From: an uncultured Chloroflexia bacterium | GTDB taxonomy: Bacteria; Chloroflexota; Anaerolineae; Anaerolineales; Anaerolineaceae | DNA: 32,000 nucleotides | Assembly (NCBI GenBank): GCA_963704755.1 | Contig: OY969938.1 | Coordinates: 3,390,001-3,422,000, forward strand | Reading direction: 5' to 3' | Part shown: positions 1-10,000 of the stretch, in pieces | How the letters are laid out: every line of letters starts with the position of its first letter | Position numbering within the stretch: the stretch's first letter is position 1 | Program-made: the position numbers and the translations under genes | Notes under the pieces: model-generated | What the model was told of the DNA's origin: nothing | The model's database searches: none | Seen by the model: only the letters and a program-made list of their open reading frames with translations

Positions 1-2
1 TG

Positions 3-164
3 CTGCCGGATGGCCAGATGAAAGTGGTCGATGAGGATGAATTTGCCGCGTTGACGCTGCCGGCGGAAGACCAGGCCCGTGCCCTGGCTGCCCTGGAAGA
101 ATTGAAGGGAATTTTCCTCGAACATCCCTACCTCTCGCTGGAGCGCTATTTCCGCAGCCTGTAG
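3..164 (+). CDS. 3' end of an unidentified protein-coding gene, truncated by the window edge
   Basis: Frame is open from the window edge to TAG at 162-164. Translates to LPDGQMKVVDEDEFAALTLPAEDQARALAALEELKGIFLEHPYLSLERYFRSL*, which has protein-like composition. No family is recognisable from 53 aa. Confidence 0.4.
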   Translation: MPDGQMKVVDEDEFAALTLPAEDQARALAALEELKGIFLEHPYLSLERYFRSL

Positions 165-327
165 ACTTGCGGCAGCCCATTGTAATGATGGTGCGCGAAG
201 GCGCACCCGGCCAGGCTGAGACCCACGCAGGTGGGTCTTTGTGTATTTGTGCCTGTGGCTTTGCAGGACTCCTGGTGAATAGCTCTCCTGGGTTTGAAAC
301 CTATGACGCCACTTTTATATTGAACGA

Positions 328-393
328 CCGGCATCTACCCTCATCCCCACCTTCTCCCTCCCAGGGAGAGGGCGTTAAGCTTCTGCTCGCCGG
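328..393. repeat. 66-bp hairpin-containing intergenic repeat, copy 1
   Basis: Sequence ccggcatctaccctcatccccaccttctccctcccagggagagggcg...ctcgccgg. Same length and orientation as 4573-4638, with most positions identical. Central stem is cttctccct/agggagag; termini are ccggc/gccgg. Confidence 0.7.
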
Positions 394-700
394 CAGGAAA
401 CGGATGAAGGGTTATGCGTCTGATCTGTTTTGTGTATTAGTTTGGCCAGTGCCCAATCCCTATTCCCGCCGGGGAGAGGCCAGGTGAGGGGCGCGGCCGG
501 CCGGCCAGGGTTTTGATATAAAGCAAGCGCATTCATTAACTGGCGTTGAAGAACGGCCTCGGTCTGGAGACCGGGCCGAACAAGGTGGCGTAGCCCGGCT
601 TTCTAAGCCGGGAGAACGCCGGGTGGGAAAAACCTCGGATTTGGAAGCTCGTTGTCTTTCTGATGGCCTTTTTAATCATTCGTGCTATCATTAATTAACA

Positions 701-2358
701 ATGGCCCCATCGCAAGACTGTGTCCTGTTAGTCGAAAGTGACCCTGCTGTCCAAGATTTCGTCGGACGGCAGACCTTGCAAGCTGCCGGTTACCAGGTTT
801 ACCCGCTGCAGGACGCCTCCAGCGGTATCGCTCAGGTGATGCAAATCAACCCGGACGTGATCATCGCTGACCTGGATTTACCCGGGTTGAGTGGAAAAGA
901 TCTGCTGGTGGCGCTCTCTTCGCAAGGGGTAACCACACCGGTCATTTTGCTGGCCAAGAAGGGCATGGAGAACGAGATTATCCAGGGTTTTCGCCTGGGC
1001 GCCGCCGATTATATCCTCTGGCCGGCGCGGGAAGGCGAGGTGCTGGCGGCCGTCGAGCGCAACATGAAACTGGTGCGCGAACGCCGCGACCGCGACCGCC
1101 TGGCCCGCCAGCTCGAGGCGACCAATCAGGAGCTGCAGCAGCGGGTGCGTGAGCTGACCACGATCTTCACCGTTGGCAAAGCGGTTACTTCGATCACCGA
1201 TCAGGCCACGTTGTTCGAGCGCATTCTAAAAAGCGTGGTCAAATCGACCGGCGCCGATATGGGCTGGTTCCTGCTGCGGGCAGAGAAGAGCAAGGCCTTT
1301 CTGCTGGCCGCCCGGCATGCGCTGCCCTCGGCCCTGCCGGTACGGATCAACCAGCCCTGGGACGACGGGATAAGTTCGCTGGTCGCCATGTCCGGCGAGT
1401 CACTCAGCTTGAGCGGTGAGCCGCTCAAGCGCTTTAAAATCGCCCCGTTGGGTCAGTCTATTTTGATCGTGCCGATCAAAGCGGGCCAGGAAGTCATCGG
1501 TTTGCTGGCGTTGTTGCGGAAAAATGCCCTGGCTTTTGAGGCTGACGAGCAGCGCCTGGTCGAGGCGATTGCCGATTTTGCCTCGATTTCGCTGGCCAAT
1601 GCGCGCCTGTTTCGGGCTATCGAGGAGCGGGCTCATTTTCAGCAGGGCCTGGCCGAGAACGCTCAGACCAGCCAGAAAGTGACCAACGAGATTTTGATGC
1701 GCACCCGCAAAGAGCTGGAAAAAGCCCTTGGCGCCCAAAAGCTGTCCCTGGAAAACCTGGTCGAAGATACCGGGCTGGAGTGGACACCCACCCGCCAGAG
1801 GGAGTTCGGTATTTTGCAGGAGAGCCTCAAATCTCTGGAAGCCATCGCAGCCGCAATTCAGCCGCTGCCGCCGGCCAGGCCGGTTCGCTCGAACCACCAC
1901 CTTAACCTGAATGAGCTTGTCCGCCGGGCCGTGAACCAGTTCGAGCCGTTGGTCGCGGGCAGTGATGTGGCCATCGTCCCCAACCTGCCGGCCAGCGATG
2001 TATTCGTTCGGGGAGACGAAAACCAGGTCAGCCAGGTTGTGAACGGTTTATTGAGCAACGCGATCAAGTACTGCAATCCCGGCGGAAAAGTTCAGGTCAC
2101 GCTGCAGCCGGTGATCGACCACAACGCCTTGCTGATCGTCGAAGACAGCGGGACCGGCATCCCGGCCCCGGCATTGAACAAGGTTTTTTCGGGTGAAATG
2201 CTCCTGGAAACCGCGACTCCACAGCAAGTTTCGGCGGTTTGGGCATCGGATTGAGCTTAATTAAAGAAATAATCACCCGCCATAATGGTAAAATTTGGGT
2301 AGAAAGTAAAGCTGGGCAGGGGGCGAAGTTTAGCATTACGCTTCCGGCAGACCGTTGA
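701..2358 (+). CDS. REC-GAF-HATPase sensor kinase-like protein, reading frame disrupted near 2197-2232
   Basis: ORF 701-2254 contains a receiver domain (DVIIADLDLPGLSG), a coiled coil, a GAF region, an ATPase N-box (LLSNAIKY) and a G1 box (DSGTGI). The G2 box and C-terminus (FGGLGIGLSLIKEIITRHNGKIWVESKAGQGAKFSITLPADR*) continue in another frame, open from 2197 to TGA at 2356-2358. Confidence 0.75.
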
Positions 2359-2405
2359 AATTAACACCCATCGGGTATTTGGGTAAATAGGGCAGACAAC
2401 GAGCG

Positions 2406-4335
2406 ATGAGCACACCTCAAAAAGACCAGACTATTCTCGTAATCATTCCCGATCAGCAGATAACCTATCTCCTCGAGCGCGTTCTTCAATCGGCGGGGTA
2501 CACGGTTAACGTTGTTCGGGAAACCACTGAGGCAATCGAAAACCTGGAAAAGAACCTTCCATCCATGGTGATCCTCAGTGATGCAGTCGGTGACCAGAGC
2601 GGACTGGAAATCTCCAAGGACTTGCTGCATCGCTTTCCGGCCATCCCGGTTCTGCTCCTGGTTCAGAATCGATTCTCCGGAATTGTTACGCTCGGCCATG
2701 CGCATGGGGATCAGCGATTACATGACCCTGCCGCTGCGCTCGGACGATATTCTCAATTCCGTGCAGAATGGCTTGAGCAAATCGAAAAAATCGAAGGATT
2801 GGGTGCTGCTGGAATCGCGCCGGGCGACCGACCGGCTGCGCCGGCGGGTGGACGAGCTGGAAACGTTGAGCCACCTGGGCCAGACGATCACGGCTTCGCT
2901 GGATTCGGACGCGGTGTTATCCGCGATTGTGGATGCTTCGGTGGAACTGACCGGCGCGGAAGAAGGCAGCCTGCTGCTGCTGGACAATCAAACCGGCGAT
3001 CTATACATGCGCGCGGCGAAAAACTTCCAGGAAGACTTTGTGCGTACATTCCGCTTACCCATTCAGGATACGCTAGCCGGATCGGTGCTGCGCACCGGCC
3101 AGGCGGTGGTTCTGGATGAAAGTACGCCTCAAAAGATCAAAACCTCGTACCTGGTGCACGCCTTGATTTACGTGCCCTTGAAATTCAAGGAGCAGGTAGT
3201 GGGTGTTTTAGGTGTGGATAACCGCCACACACGCATGCCCTTTCAGAAACGCGATATCAACCTGCTCTCGACCCTGGCCGAATACGCGGTGATTGCCCTG
3301 GAAAACGCTGAATTGTATAATGCTACCCAGGCAGAGCGAAACAAGCTGGAGACCGTGCTGAAGAAGATCCAGGACGGGGTGATCGTGATCGACCAGCAGT
3401 CGCAGATTATTATGATCAACCAGGCGGCCGAATCGGCGCTCAACCTGAATATTGGCAACGTGAATGGGAAGCCCTACCGCGAAGTGTTCAGCCAGCCCGA
3501 ATTGCTGGAGCTGATGGATACCAATACACGCAGCCTGTCGAACCGTACAGAGCTCACCGTCGAGGATGGGCGCGTGTTTGCCGCCCAGCGGACGCCTATT
3601 GCCGACGTGGGTATTGCCCTGACCTTGCACGATATTACTTACCTGAAAAAACTCGACCGGATCAAGAGCGAGTTCGTCAGCACGGTTTCGCACGATTTGC
3701 GCTCACCGCTGACGGCCATCCTAGGCTACGCCGAACTGATCGAGCGGGCCGGCCCGGTCAATGAATTGCAGCAAGAGTTTATCCGCCGGGTACAGACCAG
3801 CGTGCAGAATATCACCCACCTGGTGGACGACCTGGTCAACCTGGGCCGGATCGAGGCCGGGTTCGATACGCGCAAGGAGAGCTTTGACCTGCGCCAGGTC
3901 TTCGAGCTGGCAACCGACAGCTTCCGCAAGGCCATCAGCCGCAAGAACAACCAGCTCGAAGTGGAGCTGCCGGACAATTTGCCGCCCTTCTATGGGAACC
4001 CGGTGCAGTTACGCCAGATGTTCGAGCACTTGCTGGATAACGCGGTGAAATATTCATCGCCGGGAGGCAAGATCACCGTGTATGGCGAGATGGAGGGGGA
4101 CCAGGTGATCATCCAGGTGAAAGACGAGGGAATTGGCATCCCGTCGGTGGACCTGCCCTTCATTTTCGACAAGTTCTACCGGGCGAGCAACGTCAATAAC
4201 GATGTCAACGGTACCGGCCTGGGACTGGCCATCGTCAAGTCGATCGTCGAATTGCACGAGGGCCGCATCTGGGTCGAATCCAACGTTGGTCAGGGCACGA
4301 CCTTTACCATCGTGCTGCCGATTGTGGAACAGTAA
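2406..4335 (+). CDS. REC-GAF-PAS-HisKA-HATPase hybrid sensor histidine kinase, reading frame disrupted near 2667-2675
   Basis: The receiver N-terminus from ATG 2406 (MSTPQKDQTILVIIPDQQ...MVILSDAVGDQSG...PVLLLVQN) continues in the frame of ORF 2578-4335 (DSPELLRSAMRMGISDYMTLP). That frame then shows GAF, PAS, H-box FVSTVSHDLRSPL, N-box LLDNAVKY, G1 DEGIGI and G2 GTGLGLAIV. The Met at 2578 is an ORF-caller artefact; 2578-4335 is the intact downstream frame. Confidence 0.8.
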
Positions 4336-4572
4336 GAGTGTCACGGTGATGCAGTGAGAAAGTGTCACCGTGATTCAGCTTGTAGGGTGCGTTGGTAACG
4401 CACCATTTACCTGGTCTGCATTAATATCTGGCAGCAACCTATGTTTGGCTTATGTCATTCCTACCAGGCGTCAGCGATGACAAAAGCTTCTCATCACTCT
4501 TGCTCCCGCCCGCGGCGCTGATCGGCTAAGCTGTTTGGAGACCTTTATTGGGTCAAATTTCGTATTGTTTGG

Positions 4573-4638
4573 CCGGCATTTACCCTCATCCCTACCTTCT
4601 CCCTGCGGAGGGAGAAGGCGCGAAGTTCTACTCGCCGG
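4573..4638. repeat. 66-bp hairpin-containing intergenic repeat, copy 2
   Basis: Sequence ccggcatttaccctcatccctaccttctccctgcggagggagaaggcg...ctcgccgg. Perfect 10-bp stem ccttctccct/agggagaagg. Direct-orientation copy of 328-393. Confidence 0.7.
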
Positions 4639-5318
4639 TGGGTTTGAAATAGGCGCGGGACGTTTTATATCGTTTTGTTTTCATTCAAACTCTTTACCCG
4701 ATTTCCGCTGGCCTGTACGATGAGCGGTATTGGCGAATAATTTCGTGGCAACAAAACACAAAATCCGTCCTGCGCCGGATTGATTACCCCCTGACACGTC
4801 AACACCGAAGCACTGTAATACAGAAGCACTGCAATACCGAATCACCCCCTTAAAACAAGCCTCCGCTGGGGGCGGTGAAGAAACCCAGCGGAGGCTTTCG
4901 CCAAAGGAGGAGACAGTGATGAGCTTGATTGGAGGTGTCCAGTTTATGTGTCTCCAAGAACAACTATACTCAATTGTCAGGCATTTGAGTATGGTCGTTA
5001 ATCATCTATCCGGGCGATAATCCTCATATTCCATTTGCATAAAGTCATGCCATTCGTCCTGCCCGGCAGGTTTCTCGGGCGACAGGATCCGCAGCAATCC
5101 AAATGAGTGCAAAATGAAAGCGGTTTATTCGCGTAGGATAGCGCATCCAAAAGGACCCTGCGGTTGGAGATTTGCCCCAACAATTGCGTCGACTGGGCCG
5201 GTCGATTGGGCGGCCTGGCCGGCCCGAAAGGACCAGTTTTGCCTCGATCAGGCTGATTGGAGCGGTTCTGGCACGTTTATTGCACGTATCGGTTAAAAAA
5301 ACACCCTCCTGGGTTTGC

Positions 5319-5347
5319 TTGACGCGCTCAAATGGTTATGCTACTAT
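5319..5347 (+). promoter_or_regulatory. sigma-70-type promoter for the LysM lipoprotein gene
   Basis: TTGACG at 5319-5324, a 17-nt spacer, then TACTAT at 5342-5347, about 75 nt upstream of ATG 5424. A GAAGGAG Shine-Dalgarno precedes the start. Confidence 0.55.
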
Positions 5348-5423
5348 GTAGAATGAATGTTAAAATCCCAAGGGTAGAATATACGAAATTTAAGGATTCT
5401 CGCGCTTCAGAAGGAGATCTGCC

Positions 5424-6080
5424 ATGAATAGGAAAGCTTTCGCCCTGGTGCTGATCGCCGTTCTGGTCGGGATAAGCATGACTGCTTGTACCCGGTCGGC
5501 CACCAGCAAAAACCCAGCCGCTACATCCACATCTGAAATACCCTTCCCGGTTGGAACGCTGGATACGTCAGCCCGTGTGACGGAAATCATCGAGCAAACT
5601 AACGCTGTTCTGCCCACTGGTTTACCCACCGTTCAAACCGGCACAGGTGGTGAGGCAACTTCGATTGTCGTAGCGACCGTTGCGCCGACGGCTACGCCCA
5701 AACCGACCGCCACAGCGACTTTGCCGGCTATCCCGACCCTGGAACGCCCGTCTACGTACACGCTGCAAAAGGGCGAATGGCCGATTTGTATTGCCCGCCG
5801 CTACAACCTGGATGTCGGCAGTTTGCTGGCTGCCAATAACCTGTCCATGAATTCTCGGCCGTCAGCCGGTACCGTGTTATCTATCCCCAGCTCGGGCACC
5901 TGGTCTTCGGGCTCACAGCAATTGCTGGATCACCCGACCGATTACACCGTCCAGTCAGGTGACACCATCTATTCCATCGCCTGCGCCTTCGGTAACGTTT
6001 CGCCCGAGGGGATCATCGCCGCGAACAGCTTACAATCACCTTATACGGTGAGCGCCGGCAGCACGCTGCGCATCCCCTGA
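5424..6080 (+). CDS. LysM-domain lipoprotein (two LysM repeats)
   Basis: Signal peptide with a lipobox-like GISMTAC. Low-complexity T/P/A linker. Two LysM-type repeats: YTLQKGEWPICIARRYNLDVGSLLAANNL...GTVLSIP and YTVQSGDTIYSIACAFGNVSPEGIIAANSL...GSTLRIP. Confidence 0.85.
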   Translation: MNRKAFALVLIAVLVGISMTACTRSATSKNPAATSTSEIPFPVGTLDTSARVTEIIEQTNAVLPTGLPTVQTGTGGEATSIVVATVAPTATPKPTATATLPAIPTLERPSTYTLQKGEWPICIARRYNLDVGSLLAANNLSMNSRPSAGTVLSIPSSGTWSSGSQQLLDHPTDYTVQSGDTIYSIACAFGNVSPEGIIAANSLQSPYTVSAGSTLRIP

Positions 6081-6109
6081 TTTTCAGCGATTTATCTTTT
6101 AGAGCATCG

Positions 6110-6143
6110 ATAGTGGCGGAGAATTCTCTCCGCCACTATTTTT
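6110..6143 (+). terminator. Rho-independent terminator after the LysM gene
   Basis: Sequence atagtggcggaga-attc-tctccgccactat gives a 13-bp stem followed by a T run. Confidence 0.8.
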
Positions 6144-6238
6144 GGTTCGAGCAGGGTGGTGCTTTATAATAGTTGAAAGGCGTTCGAGGACCTATTTCCG
6201 CGGGCGTTGATCATGATCACTACCATTGGAGGCTTTGG

Positions 6239-6772
6239 ATGGGTTTTGAAAAGCTGAAGGCAGAAACGGTTTACAACGGACGTGCTTTTTCAGTGGAGAA
6301 GGTCGAGATGCGCTTGCCGGATGAACGGGTCCGCTCCTACGACCTGGTCCGCCATAACGATTCGGTGACGATTGTGCCTGTGGATGACCAGGGCAATTTG
6401 TTGTTCGTCAGCCAGTACCGGGTTGGCCTGGAACAAGAACTGCTGGAGTTGCCGGCCGGCGTGATGGAAGCGGGCGAAACGCCCGCACAAAGCGCCGAAC
6501 GCGAAGTACGCGAAGAGACGGGCATGGCTGCCAGAGTTATGGAACCGTTGGGAGGGTATTACCTCGCTCCGGGCTACACCTCGGAACAAACCCATGCTTT
6601 TCTGGCCCGCGGGCTTTACCCCGACCCCCTGGCGCAGGACGATGATGAGTTCTTGCAGGTGCGTTCGATCCCGATCAAAGAGGCCTACCGGCTGGCGCTG
6701 GATGGCGCAATCAAAGATTTTAAATCGCTGGCGGCGTTGTTGTTGGCCCGCCCGCGGTTGGAAGGCAAATAG
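6239..6772 (+). CDS. NUDIX hydrolase (ADP-ribose pyrophosphatase-like)
   Basis: Nudix box GVMEAGETPAQSAEREVREETG. ATG 6239 is preferred over the ORF-track start 6173 because GGAGG lies 6 nt upstream of it. Confidence 0.85.
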   Translation: MGFEKLKAETVYNGRAFSVEKVEMRLPDERVRSYDLVRHNDSVTIVPVDDQGNLLFVSQYRVGLEQELLELPAGVMEAGETPAQSAEREVREETGMAARVMEPLGGYYLAPGYTSEQTHAFLARGLYPDPLAQDDDEFLQVRSIPIKEAYRLALDGAIKDFKSLAALLLARPRLEGK

Positions 6773-7037
6773 GGATGCTGACCCGGCTTTCAAAGCCGTG
6801 TTTTTACCCAAAAAATGGCTTTTTCCTTAATTTATGGCTATTTTTGATCTGTCAGATCTAAATATGACAGGAAACATATAAATTAAATGACCTATATAAC
6901 TTACTGTTATGCTCCTTAAAAGTTAGACTTTGTAGAGCTGATGTCTGTACACGCTGGCCATATTTAAAATAACCGGACCGGTCTCAAGTTCAAAATACGG
7001 GTCCGATAACGGTTTAACCTTGAATGGAGAGACAGTT

Positions 7038-10000
7038 ATGACGAGAAAGATTATTACTACCGACGCCAACGAGGCGGTGGCGTATGTAGCCTACCGGCTC
7101 AATGAGGTCATCGCAATTTATCCTATTACCCCTTCATCGACGATGGGTGAGTTTGCGGATGCGTGGGCAGCCGTAAAAATACCGAACATTTGGGGAACCA
7201 TTCCCCTGGTGGCAGAGATGCAGTCGGAAGGCGGCGCTGCCGGGGCAGTCCATGGGGCACTTCAAACCGGTTCACTGACCACGACTTTCACCGCGTCGCA
7301 GGGTCTGTTGCTGATGATCCCCAATATGTACAAAATTGCCGGCGAACTGACGCCGACCGTATTCCACATTGCGGCACGCTCGGTCGCGACCCACGCTCTA
7401 TCGATTTTCGGCGACCATTCCGACGTGATGGCTACCCGCCAGACCGGTTGGGCCCTGTTGGCCTCCCGCTCCGGCCAGGAAGCCCACGACATGGCTCTGA
7501 TCTCTCAGGCGGCCACGCTCGAATCCCGCATTCCCTTCCTGCACTTCTTCGACGGTTTCCGCACCTCTTCCGAGGTCAGCAAGATCGAATACCTCAGCGA
7601 AGACGATATGCGCGCCATGATCGACTCCGATCTGGTTCGACAGCATCGTGAACGCGCCCTCAGCCCGGACCATCCGATCATTCGTGGCACGGCCCAGAAC
7701 CCGGACGTATTCTTCCAGGCGCGTGAGGCGGTCAACTCATATTATATGAAGTGCGCGGGCATCGTCGAAAAGACGATGGATAAATTCGCCAAAATGACCG
7801 GGCGCAGCTACCATTTGTTCGATTACTACGGCGCTCCCGATGCAGAGCGGGTTATTATTTTGATGGGCTCTGGCGCTGAGACGGCCGAAGAGACTGCCTT
7901 ATATTTGCAGGACAAAGGCGAAAAAGTCGGCACCATCACCGTACGGCTGTACCGGCCTTTCTCCGTGGAGCATTTGATGAAGGCCCTGCCGGCTACCGTC
8001 AAGACGATCGCCGTCCTCGACCGCACCAAAGAACCCGGTGCAACCGGTGAACCGCTGTACGAAGATGTGGTGACGGCCATTCAGGAAGGCATCTCTTCCG
8101 GGATCGCTCCTTTCAAGTCCACCCCGGTTGTGATCGGCGGGCGCTATGGCCTTTCCTCGAAAGAATTCACCCCGGCCATGGTCAAGGGTGTCTATGATGA
8201 AATGAAGTCGGCTACCCCGCGGATGCACTTCACTGTGGGTATCAACGACGACGTGACCCATACCAGCGTCGCTTACGACCCCAATTTCTCGATTGCCAAC
8301 CCGCAGACGGTCCGCTGTGTATTCTTCGGCCTGGGCTCGGACGGCACCGTTGGCGCCAACAAGAACTCCATCAAGATCATTGGTGAAGATACCGATAATT
8401 CTGCCCAGGGCTACTTCGTGTACGACTCAAAGAAGTCCGGCACGGTAACCACCTCGCATTTACGCTTCGGCCCCAAGCCTATCCACGCGCCTTACCTGAT
8501 CGGGCCCGGCGACGCGAATTTTGTGGCCTGCCACCAGTTCTCCTTCCTGGAGCGCCTGGACATGCTCAAATACGCCGCCCCCGGTGCGGTATTCCTGCTC
8601 AACAGCATCTACTCGGCCGATAAGGTCTGGGATGAATTACCCAAAGAGGTGCAGGAAGCGATCATCGCCAAGAAACTGCGCTTCTACACCATCGATGCTT
8701 ACCCCATTGCGCAGCAGACCGGCATGGGAAACCGCATCAACACGATCATGCAGACCTGCTTCTTCGCGATCAGCGGTGTGTTACCCCGCGAGCAGGCCAT
8801 CCAGGAAATCAAGAAATCCATCAAGAAGACTTACGGCAAACGTGGCGAAGCAGTGGTACAGAGCAACTACGCAGCCGTGGATAACGCCCTGGCCAACCTG
8901 TTCGAAGTCAAAGTCCCCGAGAAAGTTACCAGCAGCATTACCATGCGCAAGGTCGTAGCCGATGAGGCGCCCGAGTTTGTCAAAGATGTGCTTGGACCCA
9001 TGCTGAGTTACAATGGCGACGATCTGCCGGTCAGCAAAATGCCGGTGGATGGCACTTTCCCGACCGCGACCACGCAATGGGAAAAACGCAACATCGCCCT
9101 CGAAATTCCGGTGTGGGATCCGGACGTGTGTATCCAGTGCGGCAAGTGCGTGTTCGTCTGCCCGCATGCTGTGATCCGCGAGAAAGTTTACGACACCAAA
9201 TTCCTGGAAAATGCGCCGGCTACGTTCAAGTCCCTGCCGGCCAAGTTCCGCGAATTCCCGGACATGACTTATACCATTCAGGTCTCGCCGGAAGACTGCA
9301 CGGGCTGCGCGCTGTGCGTCGAAGCCTGCCCAGCCAAGAACAAGAGCCAGGCCGGTTTGAAAGCCATCAACATGGCTCCCCAGCCGGCTCTGCGTGAGCA
9401 GGAAGGCGCCAATTGGGACTACTTCAAGACTCTGCCGGAAGTGGACCGCACGGCCATTTCCCTCGGAACGGTAAAGAATTCACAGCTCTTGCAGCCCCTG
9501 TTCGAGTTCTCGGGCGCCTGCGCCGGCTGTGGTGAGACCCCCTACGTCAAACTGCTCTCCCAGTTGTTCGGCGATCGCAGCGTAATCGCCAACGCCACCG
9601 GCTGCTCTTCGATCTACGGCGGTAACCTGCCGACCGCTCCCTGGGCCGTCAATTCGGATGGCCGTGGCCCGGCCTGGTCGAACAGCCTGTTCGAAGACAA
9701 TGCCGAGTTCGGTATGGGTATGCGCCTGACTGTGGACAAACAATCCGAGTTTTCCCGCGAGCTGCTCGCCGGCCTCTCCGGCCAGATTGGCGAGGCTCTG
9801 GTGGGCGAACTGCTCAATGCCGACCAGACCAGCGAAGCCGGGATCAATGCCCAGCGCGTACGGGTGGTCGAGCTGAAGAAAGCCCTCCAATCCATTTCTG
9901 ACCCACGGGCACGGCTGCTGGAAAGCCTGGCCGATTTCCTGGTGCGGAAGAGTGTCTGGATCTTGGGCGGTGACGGTTGGGCCTACGATATCGGCTACGG

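Noticed and set aside
167-487. 106-aa ORF (and the similar ORF 4535-4723) containing ...HLPSSPPSPSQGEGVK...
   Set aside because: These are translations of the intergenic hairpin repeats. They lack a Shine-Dalgarno and differ between copies by frame-breaking changes.
2578-2700. Met 2578 as the true start of the second kinase
   Set aside because: The first ~30 codons (MMQSVTRADWKSPRTCCIAFRPSRFCSWFRI) are an out-of-frame read of the receiver domain, which is encoded from ATG 2406. The ORF is only open there by chance.
5100-5420. Possible ydaO (c-di-AMP) type riboswitch upstream of the LysM gene, and a similar possibility upstream of the M23 peptidase
   Set aside because: These leaders often precede cell-wall hydrolase or LysM genes. 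However, I could not find the conserved core segments, and the predicted LysM 5' UTR is only about 75 nt.
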